Shown here: one piece after another, positions 1 through 10,802 of the stretch
Layout: each line of letters starts with the position of its first letter
Position numbering within the stretch: position 1 is the stretch's first letter
From: an uncultured delta proteobacterium
GTDB taxonomy: Bacteria; Desulfobacterota; Binatia; UBA9968
Length of the DNA stretch: 64,000 nucleotides
Reading direction: 5' to 3'
NCBI GenBank assembly: GCA_963745835.1
Contig: CAVUZH010000018.1
Span: 32,001 to 96,000, forward strand
Notes under the pieces: generated by a model
Seen by the model: only the letters and a program-made list of their open reading frames with translations
Database searches by the model: none
What the model was told of the DNA's origin: nothing
Program-made: the position numbers and the translations under genes

Positions 1-865
1 CGGATTCGACTTCAATTCTGGATTTGAAGATATTTTTGGCGATATCTTTGGCGAGTTTTTCGGCGGTGCTGGCGGACGCCGCCGCAGCCAGACGCGCGGA
101 GAAGACCTGCGTTATAATTTAAGTTTAAGCTTTGAAGAAGCGGTCGCCGGCGTCGAAAAAAAGATTAAGATTCCACGCCATGGAGCGTGCGAAAGCTGTC
201 ACGGTACCGGTGCCAAACCTGGCACGTCACCCCAGACTTGTCCGACATGTCATGGTCGCGGACAAGTCAGTTTTCAACAAGGATTCTTCAGCGTCTCACG
301 CAGCTGCAATCAATGTCACGGGCAAGGAACTATCATCGCTGATCCATGCGCGTCTTGCAGTGGAGTCGGGCGCACGCGCAAAATGCATACCCTCAGTGTG
401 AAAATTCCTGCCGGTGTTGACAACGGTTCGCGGCTCAAGCTTCGCGGCGAAGGCGAAACCGCCTCCAGCGGCGGAGTACCGGGGGATCTGTACGTTGTAA
501 TTCAGGTAGAAACTCATCCGATCTTCAGGCGGGAGAACCTTGATATACTTTGTGATGTCCCGATAACTTTTGTGCAGGCAGCATTAGGCGCCGAGATTGA
601 TGTCCCTACTTTGGATGGCAAGGTCAAAATGAAGGTGCCATCGGGGACGCAGTCAGGCAAGCTCTTCCGGATCAAAGGCAAGGGAGTAAAGGACGTGCAC
701 GGTTATCAGCAAGGCGACCAACACGTCCGTGTATTGGTTGAGACACCAACCCATCTGACAGGGCGGCAAAAGGACCTTCTTAAGGAATTTGCGTCCTTAG
801 GTGGAGAAGACGTTAATCCTATAGCAAAAGGGTTTTTCGACAAAGTGAAACAGTTGTTCGACTAG
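1..865 (+). CDS. dnaJ: Molecular chaperone DnaJ (5' end outside window)
   Basis: Frame from base 2 reads GFDFNSGFEDIFGDIFGEFFGG...RGEDLRYNL, then four CxxCxGxG zinc-finger repeats, in frame with ORF 383..865 (KIPAGVDNG, GDLYV). Confidence 0.97.
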   Translation, partial: GFDFNSGFEDIFGDIFGEFFGGAGGRRRSQTRGEDLRYNLSLSFEEAVAGVEKKIKIPRHGACESCHGTGAKPGTSPQTCPTCHGRGQVSFQQGFFSVSRSCNQCHGQGTIIADPCASCSGVGRTRKMHTLSVKIPAGVDNGSRLKLRGEGETASSGGVPGDLYVVIQVETHPIFRRENLDILCDVPITFVQAALGAEIDVPTLDGKVKMKVPSGTQSGKLFRIKGKGVKDVHGYQQGDQHVRVLVETPTHLTGRQKDLLKEFASLGGEDVNPIAKGFFDKVKQLFD

Positions 866-975
866 CCGGATTCCAGACAAAATCTCTTAGTTGCCCTTGC
901 AGCTGGTCCATGGGAAAGTAAAATTGTTGTTGACGTCGGTTCCCACTCTGACTAAGTTGAGCAAGGAATAAACAC

Positions 976-3471
976 TTGATGAGTGACGCTGAATGGAAAG
1001 TTGAAGATTCGGAGAACAAGGGATCACAAGTAGAGATACCTGAAGTTCTCCCGCTGCTACCGATTCGCGATATCGTCATCTATCCCTACATGATGCTGCC
1101 GCTCTTCGTCGGTCGAGACGTATCGATTCGTGCCGTCGAAGAGTCTCTTTCGCGCGACCGACTGATTTTTTTGGTCGCACAGAAGAATTCTTCCGAAGAA
1201 AGCCCAACTCCATCGGAGATACACAAGGTGGGCACCATCGCCTCAATCATGCGAATGCTGAAGCTGGCCGATGGACGAGTCAAGATTTTGGTTCAGGGTT
1301 TGTCGAAGGGAGAAGTGGATATCTTCACCCGGGAACGTCCGTATTTTGAGGTAAAAATTCGCAAAGTCATCGAACCTACTCTGCAGGAAGTTCCCATCGA
1401 AGTTGAAGCCTTAATGCGCACAGCCAAAGAGAAAATCGAGCAAATCCTCAATTTAAAGAACCTTCCTCCCGAGATTGTGATGGTGACCGACAACATCAGT
1501 GATCCCGGCGTATTGGCGGATCTGGTCGCATCTAATCTTCGTTTGAAGATTGAGGAGAGCCAAGCGATCCTCGAAATTTTCGATCCCATTGAACGACTTA
1601 AGAAAGTAAATGACCTTTTGGGTCGCGAGTTGGAGTTATCGACGATGCAGGCGCGCATTCAGAACCAAGCCAAAGAAGAGATGAGCAAAACTCAGCGCGA
1701 CTATTTTTTGCGCGAGCAACTAAAACAAATACAACAGGAGCTTGGTGAAGGCGACGAACGCGCCGAGGAGATGAATGAGGTTCGAAAGCAAATCGACAAA
1801 GCTAAGATGCCGCCTGAAGTAAAAAGGGAGGCCGATAAGCAACTGCGAAGATTAGAGCAGATGCATCCGGAATCATCCGAGGCTTCTCTGGTTCGAACCT
1901 ATTTGGATTGGCTGGTTGATCTTCCGTGGAGCAGAAAAACTAAGGACAATCTAAACATTAAGAAAGCTAAGCAGGTTCTCGATGAAGATCACTATAATCT
2001 GGAAAAGATTAAGGAGCGCATCCTCGAGTACCTCGCCGTCAACAAACTTCGCAAGAAATTAAAAGGCCCCATACTCTGCTTTGTCGGACCCCCGGGTGTC
2101 GGAAAAACGTCTCTGGGCCGTTCCATCGCGCGGGCTCTTGGCCGTAATTTTGTGCGGGTTTCTTTGGGCGGCGTACGCGATGAGGCGGAGATCCGTGGCC
2201 ATCGACGTACCTATGTGGGCGCATTACCCGGACGCGTGATCCAAGGCATCAAGCAGGCCGGCTCCAACAATCCGGTTTTTATGTTGGACGAAATCGATAA
2301 GGTTGGCGCTGATTTCCGGGGCGATCCATCGGCCGCTCTACTTGAGGTACTCGATCCCGAGCAGAACCACGCCTTCAGTGATCATTACTTGAATCTGCCG
2401 TTCGATCTTTCAAATACGCTTTTTATTTGCACTGCCAATCTGCTGGATCCTGTTCCGGCGGCCCTAGCCGATCGCATGGAAGTGATCCAACTCTCTGGTT
2501 ACACCAACGAAGAAAAACTCGAGATCGCACGCAAATATCTGATTCCTAGACAATTCGAAGATAATGGACTTTCAGCGAAGACGATCGAAATTTCTGACGA
2601 TGCCATGTTGCGCATCATCGGCGAATACACCAAAGAAGCCGGTCTGAGAAATCTCGAAAGAGAGATTGCTTCTATCTGCCGTAAAGTTGCGCGCAAAGTG
2701 GCCGAAGGAAAAACCGAATTGACCCGAATCACGCGTGCAAATGTTCATTCCTTCTTAGGAGCTCCCAAATTCTTGCCGGAAGCCGAGCAGGAGAACCATG
2801 AGATCGGGGTTGCCACTGGTCTGGCTTGGACCAGCGCAGGCGGCGAAATTTTATACGTCGAAGCTTCGCTGTCGAAAGGACGGGGCAACTTAACTCTGAC
2901 GGGGCAATTGGGCGACGTTATGAAGGAGTCAGCTCAAGCCGCGGTGAGTTACGCTCGAGCGCATGCTAAAAAGTTGGACATTGAAGAGGACTTTTATCAG
3001 AAGCTCGATATTCATATCCATGTTCCCGCAGGGGCTATTCCGAAAGATGGACCGTCAGCGGGCATCACCATGGCAACTGCGCTCATTTCTGCACTCACGA
3101 AACGCGCTGTAAGTAGAGATGTCGCCATGACTGGAGAAATCACCTTGCGAGGTAGAGTACTACCCATTGGAGGACTTAAGGAAAAATCGCTAGCAGCTTT
3201 TCGAGCTGGAATAAAAACGATTATTATTCCCGATCGAAATGAAAAGGACTTGGATGAAATTCCCAAGGTTCTTCGCCGCAAGCTTCAGTGGGTGCTTGCA
3301 GAAAGTATGTCCGACGTCTTGAAGAGCGCTTTGCTTGATAAACCTACCCCAAAGAAGTCGGCCAAAGGCGTCGGCGAGAGAGTCCGGGCTCGCCGCGCTA
3401 GACTTTTGAAACGCGGTGAAAAACCGCTGCAGAAAAATCGTAGAGACCGATCGGTTCCCTTACGACCCTAA
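976..3471 (+). CDS. lon: ATP-dependent Lon protease
   Basis: 831 aa; N-terminal LPLLPIRD, Walker [16 protein letters not shown], catalytic PKDGPSAG and PIGGLKEK. Confidence 0.98.
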   Translation: MMSDAEWKVEDSENKGSQVEIPEVLPLLPIRDIVIYPYMMLPLFVGRDVSIRAVEESLSRDRLIFLVAQKNSSEESPTPSEIHKVGTIASIMRMLKLADGRVKILVQGLSKGEVDIFTRERPYFEVKIRKVIEPTLQEVPIEVEALMRTAKEKIEQILNLKNLPPEIVMVTDNISDPGVLADLVASNLRLKIEESQAILEIFDPIERLKKVNDLLGRELELSTMQARIQNQAKEEMSKTQRDYFLREQLKQIQQELGEGDERAEEMNEVRKQIDKAKMPPEVKREADKQLRRLEQMHPESSEASLVRTYLDWLVDLPWSRKTKDNLNIKKAKQVLDEDHYNLEKIKERILEYLAVNKLRKKLKGPILCFVGPPGVGKTSLGRSIARALGRNFVRVSLGGVRDEAEIRGHRRTYVGALPGRVIQGIKQAGSNNPVFMLDEIDKVGADFRGDPSAALLEVLDPEQNHAFSDHYLNLPFDLSNTLFICTANLLDPVPAALADRMEVIQLSGYTNEEKLEIARKYLIPRQFEDNGLSAKTIEISDDAMLRIIGEYTKEAGLRNLEREIASICRKVARKVAEGKTELTRITRANVHSFLGAPKFLPEAEQENHEIGVATGLAWTSAGGEILYVEASLSKGRGNLTLTGQLGDVMKESAQAAVSYARAHAKKLDIEEDFYQKLDIHIHVPAGAIPKDGPSAGITMATALISALTKRAVSRDVAMTGEITLRGRVLPIGGLKEKSLAAFRAGIKTIIIPDRNEKDLDEIPKVLRRKLQWVLAESMSDVLKSALLDKPTPKKSAKGVGERVRARRARLLKRGEKPLQKNRRDRSVPLRP

Positions 3472-3560
3472 ACGAATCCTGCTGAACTCAACCGAGCAAA
3501 GACTCTCAACATTCCACTCATGCGGTTATGTTCTTGCCGTGAATGATAGCGACTTTTACT

Positions 3561-4565
3561 ATGAAGTTAAGTCGTTTGGGTGAATTCGGCCTGATTAAAA
3601 GGGTGCGGCGCACGATGCCAACGAACCGTGATGTAGGTTTCGGCATCGGCGATGATGCGGCATGGGTTAGAGCCAAAAGCGATTCGTTTTTTGTCACTGC
3701 CGATCTCCTGCTGGAAGATGTTCACTTTGATCTTAACTGGACTTCACTATCTGATTTGGGGTACAAAACCCTCGCGGTTAATTTGAGCGACATCGCTGCC
3801 ATGGGCGGGATCCCCGCCTATTTAACTCTTTCCTTGGGCATTCCGGGGCATTTTACCAGTGAGGCATTGGACCATTTTTATCAAGGCATCAGGTCCTTGG
3901 CAGTGCAGCACAATGTAGCCGTCGTGGGGGGAGACACCAGCCTGGCCGACAAGTTGCTGATTTCCGCTTGCCTCATCGGCCATGCCCCATATCGGCCGAT
4001 CCGTCGCAGCGGCGCCAAACCCACAAACGATATATATGTCACCGGAACTTTGGGTGATTCCGCGTTGGGTCTGCAATTACTTAAGAGCAAGAGGCTTAGA
4101 AAAAAAGGCGCTGGATATCTCCTTAACCGGCATCACAAACCGACACCGAGAGTTGCAGTAGGTGCTCTGCTAGCTCGCAAAGGATTGGCTACCGCAATGA
4201 TCGATGTCAGTGATGGACTGCTGCAAGATCTCGGACACATTTGCAGAGCCAGCGTGGTAGGCGCTCGCATCTGGGAAGAGGCTCTGCCGCTATCAAAGCC
4301 GTACAGAGAGCTGGCTGGAAACGAAGGAACACGTTATGCGCTCACTGGCGGCGAAGATTATGAGTTGTTGTTTTGCGCTCGCCAGAGTGATCGGCAGCTA
4401 ATTGACCAGTTGCAGCGTCGGATGAAGGTACCGCTATCCCGCATCGGCGCCTGCGTTCCGGCTAAACAAGGGATCTATTGTTTAGATCGTTCAGGCAAGC
4501 GCATCTCCGTTCCAGCCATCGGTCATGATCATTTCAAGAGTAAAACTTCCGACGGTAATGATTAA
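3561..4565 (+). CDS. thiL: Thiamine-monophosphate kinase
   Basis: GEFGLI, GIGDDAA, VNLSDIAAMGG, GGDT, IDVSDGL, GGEDYEL. ORF opens at 3543; ATG at 3561 fits the family N-terminus better. Confidence 0.95.
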   Translation: MKLSRLGEFGLIKRVRRTMPTNRDVGFGIGDDAAWVRAKSDSFFVTADLLLEDVHFDLNWTSLSDLGYKTLAVNLSDIAAMGGIPAYLTLSLGIPGHFTSEALDHFYQGIRSLAVQHNVAVVGGDTSLADKLLISACLIGHAPYRPIRRSGAKPTNDIYVTGTLGDSALGLQLLKSKRLRKKGAGYLLNRHHKPTPRVAVGALLARKGLATAMIDVSDGLLQDLGHICRASVVGARIWEEALPLSKPYRELAGNEGTRYALTGGEDYELLFCARQSDRQLIDQLQRRMKVPLSRIGACVPAKQGIYCLDRSGKRISVPAIGHDHFKSKTSDGND

Positions 4566-4608
4566 TTTCGTTAGCTCGGCCGCTCAAGGCTCTGCTTGGA
4601 ACTGATGG

Positions 4609-5358
4609 ATGGACTCTGAACGACTCGTCCAGTTACTAGAACAGGTCCGTGAAAAGAAAATCAGCATTTCGCAAGCTGTCGCTCACCTGCGTCATATGCC
4701 CTACGAAGACCTGGGCTTTGCCAAGATTGATCACCACAGGGCGATCCGACAAGGATTCCCCGAAGTGATTTTGGGCGAAGGAAAAGACCCGAAAGATATT
4801 GCTGCCATTATCCGTGCGCTGCGCCGCCATAAGAACAATATATTGGTCACTCGTGTGTCCTCAGAAAAAATGACAACGCTAAAAGCTACCGTCGCCGGGC
4901 TTAGGTATCATGCAACCGCCCGTGCGGCGACCTGGATAGCAAAGCCGATCGCCACCAAAGGCAAAGGAGTCGTGCTCGTAGTATGTGCTGGCACGTCTGA
5001 CATCCCAGTGGCGGAAGAGGCTATCCTAACCGCAACGCTGATGGGTAACTGTGTCGAAAAGCTGTTTGACGTCGGTGTTGCGGGTATTCATCGCCTCCTC
5101 GAAAACCGACCGAGACTGGACCAGGCTGCTGTAGTCATTGTTGTTGCGGGCATGGAAGGCGCCTTGCCAAGCGTCGTTGCCGGAATGATCGATAAACCGG
5201 TTATTGCTGTACCCACCAGCATTGGTTATGGAGCGAGCTTTAACGGACTTGCGGCTTTATTAGGAATGCTTAACTCCTGCGCCGCAGGGGTGACCGTAGT
5301 CAATATAGATAATGGCTTTGGCGCGGGGTTTGCGGCAAGCCTCATAAACCGGGTATAG
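4609..5358 (+). CDS. larB: Nickel pincer cofactor biosynthesis protein LarB (PurE-like carboxylase/hydrolase)
   Basis: DLGFAKIDHHR, GFPEVI, AGTSDIPVAEEA, DVGVAGIHRL, AGMEGALPSVV, PTSIGYG, NIDNGFGA. Confidence 0.92.
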   Translation: MDSERLVQLLEQVREKKISISQAVAHLRHMPYEDLGFAKIDHHRAIRQGFPEVILGEGKDPKDIAAIIRALRRHKNNILVTRVSSEKMTTLKATVAGLRYHATARAATWIAKPIATKGKGVVLVVCAGTSDIPVAEEAILTATLMGNCVEKLFDVGVAGIHRLLENRPRLDQAAVVIVVAGMEGALPSVVAGMIDKPVIAVPTSIGYGASFNGLAALLGMLNSCAAGVTVVNIDNGFGAGFAASLINRV

Positions 5359-5549
5359 ATAACCTCTTGGCAGCAAACTGGTAAAAGACAGTGAGCACTT
5401 TGCTTTACCGAAAGCCTCCTATGCGCTCCATTAGATAGCAATGATTTTGCACAACATCACTACTAATGGGCGAGCCGAACATCGCTCAAACTCTACTGGT
5501 GAGTAATCGTTAAACGGGCTATATCACTTATTCTTAGGGCCGCAGGATC

Positions 5550-5975
5550 ATGGACAACATAAAGCGATATCGCATTACTCCTCATCATTCAGAATTGGCT
5601 GTCAAAGTTTTTGGTTCATCGCAATTGGAGTTATTCCAGAACTCGGGATGGGCGCTATTTGACCTTACAACCGACATAGAAAAAATCGAGACCAAAGACT
5701 GCGTCCCTCTCGAGGTGGAAGGAACCGACCGAGATGACCTTTTGGTGAATTGGGTCCGTGAGCTGCTTTACCTTTATCAAGGCAGCGGCTACTTACTGAA
5801 GGAATTTCGCATCAGCGAGCTTGGAGATAAACTAGTGAAGGCGGAAGCATGCGGCGAGAAAATCGATCCCGACCGTCATGAGATCAAAAAGGAAGTCGTG
5901 GCAATCGCATATGACAAAAGCCGGATGGTGAAGACGGGCGACCAATGGACCGCGCAGCTTATCTTTGAGGTCTAA
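5550..5975 (+). CDS. Archease-family protein (divergent motifs)
   Basis: 141 aa with archease layout (ELFQNSGWALF, DLLVNWVRELLYL, GEKIDPDRHE), but the canonical HTAD, KAxTYH and C-terminal D motifs are altered. Confidence 0.8.
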   Translation: MDNIKRYRITPHHSELAVKVFGSSQLELFQNSGWALFDLTTDIEKIETKDCVPLEVEGTDRDDLLVNWVRELLYLYQGSGYLLKEFRISELGDKLVKAEACGEKIDPDRHEIKKEVVAIAYDKSRMVKTGDQWTAQLIFEV

Positions 5976-5981
5976 TCGTTA

Positions 5982-7385
5982 ATGAGTTATGTCACCGAAA
6001 GCGATTACGAAGGAATCGCCCTCATTGCCGATCCCATCCATCGCTACATACAGTTCACGGTGCCGCAGAGCAAGGGCGAGGTGACGGAAAAGGCGTTAAT
6101 CGATTCTCCTTGGGTGCAGCGCCTCCGCTATATCTATCAGCTCCAGAGCGCACGCTGGGTTTACCCCTCCGCCGAGCACAGCCGTTTTCAGCATTCGTTG
6201 GGCGCGATGCACATGGCCGGCGAATTCGCAAAGCATCTATATCCGTCATTACGGAAAGTGCTGGGCGATGAGTGTCCGTCGGCACCATTCATCGAAGAGT
6301 ATATGCGGGTAACTGGTTTGCTTCATGACCTCGGACATGGGCCGTTCGGACACTTCTTCGACGATAACTTCTTGCACGATTTTGATCTGACTCACGAAGA
6401 TTTAGGACAGGCCATCATTCAAAAATATCTTGCCGACATCATTGGGCAACTGAGGCGCAGCCCTAGCGGCCCGTTTGCTGCCGGTGAAGAGCTGCGTCCG
6501 GAGGACGTCGCCTTCCCAATCAAAAAAAATGGCCAAGAAGATCATGGTAAGCCCAAATGGGTGAGAATGTTGCAACCATTAACCAGCGGGATTTTCACAT
6601 TTGATAATCTCGACTATGTTTCGCGAGACTCCTATATGTGTGGCATCGCCGGTGGGCCGGTGGATCGTGCCCGTCTAATGCACTACACGTTTTTTTCGCC
6701 TAAAGGTTTGACGCTGCATAAAGCTGGCAACAGCGCCCTAACCATGTTCCTCAACACTCGGCTTTATCTATACACAAACGTCTATTATCATCGCACCACG
6801 CGCGCCATCGATCTCCACTTGCGCGATATCTTTCCGGATACGATGCGTGTTATCTTTCCGGGTAATCCGCTCGAACACATGGAAGAGTACTTGTATTTGA
6901 CAGACTGGTCGCTGCTCGAGGGAGTCTCCAGGTGGCGGCGGAAAAAGGGCGAGATGGAGGCTTTGGCCAAAGAATGGGAAACCGTGCTACACCGCGAAGT
7001 CAAGTGGAAGATGGCTTATGATCGAACTCTTTCGCTCAACGAGCTCCATTATGGGATGGCACTGATACAAGTCGCGGATTGGGAGAAGCGAATTCGCAGC
7101 GCATTACCTCCAAGTTTGCGCAGTCTCAGATTTCGCATCGACATGGCGACCCAGGATCCGCGGCCGGAAAATCCATTTGCCATGGGTAAGAAACAAATTC
7201 ACATCTTCGATCCTTCCACCGGTGAAATCACAAAAGAATCTTTAGCCGAACTTTTCGAATTTATCCCTTCCAAGGTTGTTCAGTTCCGTGTTTTTGCATT
7301 AGACCACGAGCACGATCAAGCGCTCGCCGAAATCGCAGAAAACACCCTAAAGGGCCAATCCGCCTCCGTTAAAACCAGTGTTTAA
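5982..7385 (+). CDS. HD-domain phosphohydrolase, SAMHD1/dNTP triphosphohydrolase-like
   Basis: DPIH, QRLRYIYQL, VYPSAEHSRFQHSLG, LLHDLGHGPFGH, DNLDYVSRDS, VYYHRT. Confidence 0.88.
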   Translation: MSYVTESDYEGIALIADPIHRYIQFTVPQSKGEVTEKALIDSPWVQRLRYIYQLQSARWVYPSAEHSRFQHSLGAMHMAGEFAKHLYPSLRKVLGDECPSAPFIEEYMRVTGLLHDLGHGPFGHFFDDNFLHDFDLTHEDLGQAIIQKYLADIIGQLRRSPSGPFAAGEELRPEDVAFPIKKNGQEDHGKPKWVRMLQPLTSGIFTFDNLDYVSRDSYMCGIAGGPVDRARLMHYTFFSPKGLTLHKAGNSALTMFLNTRLYLYTNVYYHRTTRAIDLHLRDIFPDTMRVIFPGNPLEHMEEYLYLTDWSLLEGVSRWRRKKGEMEALAKEWETVLHREVKWKMAYDRTLSLNELHYGMALIQVADWEKRIRSALPPSLRSLRFRIDMATQDPRPENPFAMGKKQIHIFDPSTGEITKESLAELFEFIPSKVVQFRVFALDHEHDQALAEIAENTLKGQSASVKTSV

Positions 7386-7720
7386 GAAAATCGTTGGCGA
7401 TTCGATTGTCGAGCTACCAAAGCACTCGACTCAGTGCGAGAGATAGCTTGGTGAGTCGACTGAGGCAACTTTAACAAGTCAACTTTCCCAACCGCTCCTG
7501 CTCTGCGCAATTGCAAAGCTACTCACTGTGGAGATGAGAACTTCTGTGGCGTGGATTGGAACATAACAGCTACTATCGTCCGCTCTACGTTCGAATTCGT
7601 CGGGTGTCGAACGATAAAAAGCTGATTCGCCAAATCTCCAACGCTCATGTTCAGCTTTACGCTTCCACGGGCGTGTGTTAGATAAAACAGATCCAAGTTT
7701 TAGAGGTACCCATTAGCGTT

Positions 7721-8299
7721 ATGACAAAAGCCATTATCGAACTTTTTGAAGAAAGCATACGGGTAAAGCAGTGTTTTCTGCGGGATAACTTAGAAACTCT
7801 CACACAAGCAATTGATGCTCTCGTTAGTGCGTTTCAAAGAGGAAATAAGCTACTTCTCTTCGGTAACGGCGGTAGTGCGGCCGATGCTCAGCATATCGCC
7901 GCTGAGTTCGTAAATCGGTTTCTGATCGAGCGACCGCCGCTACCGGCAATTGCTTTCACGACAGACACGTCGGTCTTAACAAGCGTTGCTAATGATTACA
8001 GCTACAATGAAGTTTTTGCCAAACAAGTACAGGCCCTCGGCAAGGAAGGGGACGTGGCCGTGGCGCTATCAACCAGCGGCAACTCGCCTAATGTCATTGC
8101 GGCAATTGATGTCTGCAAAAGAACAAACATCACGACCATTGGCCTGACTGGCGGCACTGGAGGGCAAATGGTGGGAAAAGTAGATTTTTTGCTCAATGTC
8201 TCCGAGGGGCGAAATAGTGCGCGTATCCAGGAAACACATATTCTCGTCGGTCATGTGATTTGTGATCTGGTCGATCAGAGACTCTTCCCCTCACAGTAA
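7721..8299 (+). CDS. gmhA: D-sedoheptulose-7-phosphate isomerase
   Basis: GNGGSAADAQHIAAE, STSGNSPNV, RIQETHI. Confidence 0.96.
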   Translation: MTKAIIELFEESIRVKQCFLRDNLETLTQAIDALVSAFQRGNKLLLFGNGGSAADAQHIAAEFVNRFLIERPPLPAIAFTTDTSVLTSVANDYSYNEVFAKQVQALGKEGDVAVALSTSGNSPNVIAAIDVCKRTNITTIGLTGGTGGQMVGKVDFLLNVSEGRNSARIQETHILVGHVICDLVDQRLFPSQ

Positions 8300-8311
8300 A
8301 CCGGCCGTTCC

Positions 8312-9259
8312 ATGCCGAAGAAGTTGTTCAAACCTCTCGATTTTTCCAAGGTTAAAACCTATGCAGCAAAAAAACGGTTCAGCAAGGTGCAAACTAGCGC
8401 ACTCGGAAAGGTCATACAAAGAGGCAGCCGGGTGCGCACATTCATCGAAGGATTGCCAGATATTCTCGCAGCCCAAAGCTTAAAAGTAATCGCCAGCAAG
8501 ATCGCGCAAACTCACGCGGCCAACCGCACGGTGCTGCTCGGCATGGGCGCGCATCCAATTAAGGTCGGACTAAGCCCGCTGATCATAGACTTCATGAAGA
8601 AAGGTATCATTGATGCTGTAGCACTCAACGGCGCTGGAATAATTCATGACTTTGAACTCGCTTTCATGGGCGAGACATCGGAAGACGTCGAGGCCAGTCT
8701 AAAAGACGGCAGTTTCGGCATGGCCGAGGAAACCGGCGCTTTTATCAATCACGCCATCACCGTCGGTTCGACACAAGGGCTTGGCATCGGCGCCTCCGTG
8801 GGACAAGCAATCGTTGAAGCGCGTCTAAAACATCAGGAACTCAGCATTCTTGCCACTGCCGCGCGCATCGGAATTCCGGTCACGGCACACATCGCCATCG
8901 GCACGGATATCATTCATATGCATCCGAAGGCGGATGGGAAAGCTCTTGGCGACGGAAGCTTGAGAGACTTCCACACCTTGACGTGTGTAGTCGCAACCCT
9001 CGCCAACGGTGTCTATCTGAACTTCGGCTCGGCTGTGATACTGCCTGAGGTCTTTCTTAAAGCCGTGAGCTTGGCCCGTAATTTGGGGCATCCGGTGCAG
9101 AGGCTGACCACGGTAAACCTCGATTTCCTCCCTCACTACCGGCCTATGACCAATGTTGTCAAGCGTCCAACGTTGGGAAGCGGCAGAGGTTATCATCTTA
9201 CCGGCCACATGGAGATTATGGTACCACTTCTGTTCGCGGCAGTTCTAGAAAGTCTATAG
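8312..9259 (+). CDS. Conserved hypothetical protein, probable deoxyhypusine-synthase-like fold
   Basis: 315 aa, 12 bp after gmhA; MGAHPIKVG, NGAGIIHDFE, GSFGMAEETG, GSAVILPEVFLKA recall DHS-like NAD-binding proteins. Fold is an inference. Confidence 0.6.
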   Translation: MPKKLFKPLDFSKVKTYAAKKRFSKVQTSALGKVIQRGSRVRTFIEGLPDILAAQSLKVIASKIAQTHAANRTVLLGMGAHPIKVGLSPLIIDFMKKGIIDAVALNGAGIIHDFELAFMGETSEDVEASLKDGSFGMAEETGAFINHAITVGSTQGLGIGASVGQAIVEARLKHQELSILATAARIGIPVTAHIAIGTDIIHMHPKADGKALGDGSLRDFHTLTCVVATLANGVYLNFGSAVILPEVFLKAVSLARNLGHPVQRLTTVNLDFLPHYRPMTNVVKRPTLGSGRGYHLTGHMEIMVPLLFAAVLESL

Positions 9260-9470
9260 TTCCCTGTTAAATTCACTTTCTCCTGTCTCAAACTTGTTCT
9301 TAATCAAGGTGATCGCAGTCAGAATTCTATCGCCCGCTCACATCGACAGAACAGAGGTACTCGCAACAGCTCAATCAAAGACTCACTTCCACGGATCGAT
9401 GAAAATCTCATTTCGCGTCTGCTGGTCATGCTTTACCCCATCTCTCTTTTCTGGTTAGAGTAACCCTGCC

Positions 9471-10271
9471 GTGGACTCCAGGACCGCGATTATCACGTTG
9501 ACGACGGATTTCGGTTATTCGGATCCGTTTGTCGGAATCATGAAAGGCGCTATTTTGTGCATCGCTCCCGATCTCCAGATCATCGATCTAAATCATGGCA
9601 TTCCGCCCCAGGATATCAGGGCGGCGGCTTTAAACTTAGCTGCGTCAGTTGACTATTTTCCCCAAGGGACCATCCATGTCGCCGTTGTTGATCCCGGCGT
9701 AGGTAGTGAACGGCGCCCGATCCTTATTCATTCAGCGGGGCACTACTTTGTTGGTCCGGACAATGGTTTGTTTAGTTTTGTGTTGAAAGACAACCAATCA
9801 TCGCTCATCGTGCACTTGTCGAACGAAGCCTATTTTTTGCAACCCAAGAGCCGAACCTTTCACGGCAGAGATATTTTTGCCCCTGTGGCGGCTCATCTTG
9901 CGCGCGGAGTTCCAGTGACTGAATTCGGCTCGCCGTCAAAAGATTGCGTATCCTTACGCTGGCCAGTAGTGGAGCGAGCGGGAGAATTCATCGTTGGGGA
10001 GGTACTCTATATTGATCGCTTTGGCAACCTGTTCACAAATATTCAAGAGCGCGATTTAACGGGGGTGGCGAGAGAAAAAATTCGCATCCATTTTAAGGAA
10101 ACTAAAATCCAAGGCCTGTCGCAAAACTATGTCGGAGGCGATAAACACACCTACATCGCGCTGGTAAATAGCTGGGGATTGGTGGAGATCGCGAGTTATA
10201 ACGATAACGCGGCAAGCCGTAGTGGGGCCAAGATTGGCGACGAGGTGCGAGTTGAGCTACTTAGTCTTTGA
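9471..10271 (+). CDS. SAM hydroxide adenosyltransferase (DUF62, SAM halogenase/hydrolase superfamily)
   Basis: TLTTDFG, HVAVVDPGVGSERR, GPDNG, TFHGRDIFAP, IDRFGN. Confidence 0.9.
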   Translation: MDSRTAIITLTTDFGYSDPFVGIMKGAILCIAPDLQIIDLNHGIPPQDIRAAALNLAASVDYFPQGTIHVAVVDPGVGSERRPILIHSAGHYFVGPDNGLFSFVLKDNQSSLIVHLSNEAYFLQPKSRTFHGRDIFAPVAAHLARGVPVTEFGSPSKDCVSLRWPVVERAGEFIVGEVLYIDRFGNLFTNIQERDLTGVAREKIRIHFKETKIQGLSQNYVGGDKHTYIALVNSWGLVEIASYNDNAASRSGAKIGDEVRVELLSL

Positions 10272-10295
10272 GATCAGATCACCCGGAGGCGTTCC

Positions 10296-10751
10296 ATGAG
10301 TGTGCGGCTTAGTTGGGAGCAATATTTTATGACCATCACGCGGCAAGTGGCGGAGCGATCCACTTGCACGCGGGCCAAGGTCGGCGCAGTCATTGTGCGC
10401 GACAAGAGTATTCTAGCCACTGGTTACAACGGCGCGCCGGCTGGCATGCCGCACTGCACCGATGTTGGCTGCCTGATTTATGAATCCATGACACCCAACG
10501 GCGAAATCGAACAAAACTGTTTCCGCACCATCCACGCAGAGATGAATGCGATTGCGCAAGCTGCCAAGAACGGTTCCACCATTAAAGATGCGTCGATTTA
10601 TATTACCCATACGCCGTGCATTCACTGCCTTAAGGTGCTGGTAAATACGGGTATTAAGAACATCTTTTACGAAAAGCCATACAAACTTCATACGTTGGAA
10701 GAGTTGCTCAAGTACACTCAAGTCGATTTACACAAGATAGACTTGCCGTAA
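10296..10751 (+). CDS. dCMP deaminase family protein (ComEB-like)
   Basis: RSTC, VGAVIV, TGYNG, HAEMNAI, PCxxC zinc motif. Confidence 0.92.
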   Translation: MSVRLSWEQYFMTITRQVAERSTCTRAKVGAVIVRDKSILATGYNGAPAGMPHCTDVGCLIYESMTPNGEIEQNCFRTIHAEMNAIAQAAKNGSTIKDASIYITHTPCIHCLKVLVNTGIKNIFYEKPYKLHTLEELLKYTQVDLHKIDLP

Positions 10752-10780
10752 AAAAGGGCGTGGGTTGTTACCCACGCCCT
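10750..10780 (-). terminator. Rho-independent terminator of atpI-atpB-atpE
   Basis: Inverted repeat AGGGCGTGGGT (10755-10765) / ACCCACGCCCT (10770-10780); the preceding A-run gives a U-tract on the minus strand. Confidence 0.85.
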
Positions 10781-10802
10781 CGTCTGACTTACTCCGCGAC
10801 AG

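Noticed and set aside
9471-10271. SAM-dependent fluorinase or chlorinase
   Set aside because: It has the Asp/Arg/His pattern (VVDPGVGSERR, TFHGRD) of DUF62 SAM hydrolases, and there is no biosynthetic cluster nearby.
5982-10751. HD dNTPase plus dCMP deaminase as a nucleotide-depletion antiphage system
   Set aside because: The genes are not adjacent, the deaminase is a short ComEB-type protein without the kinase-like domain of defensive dCTP deaminases, and the context is housekeeping.
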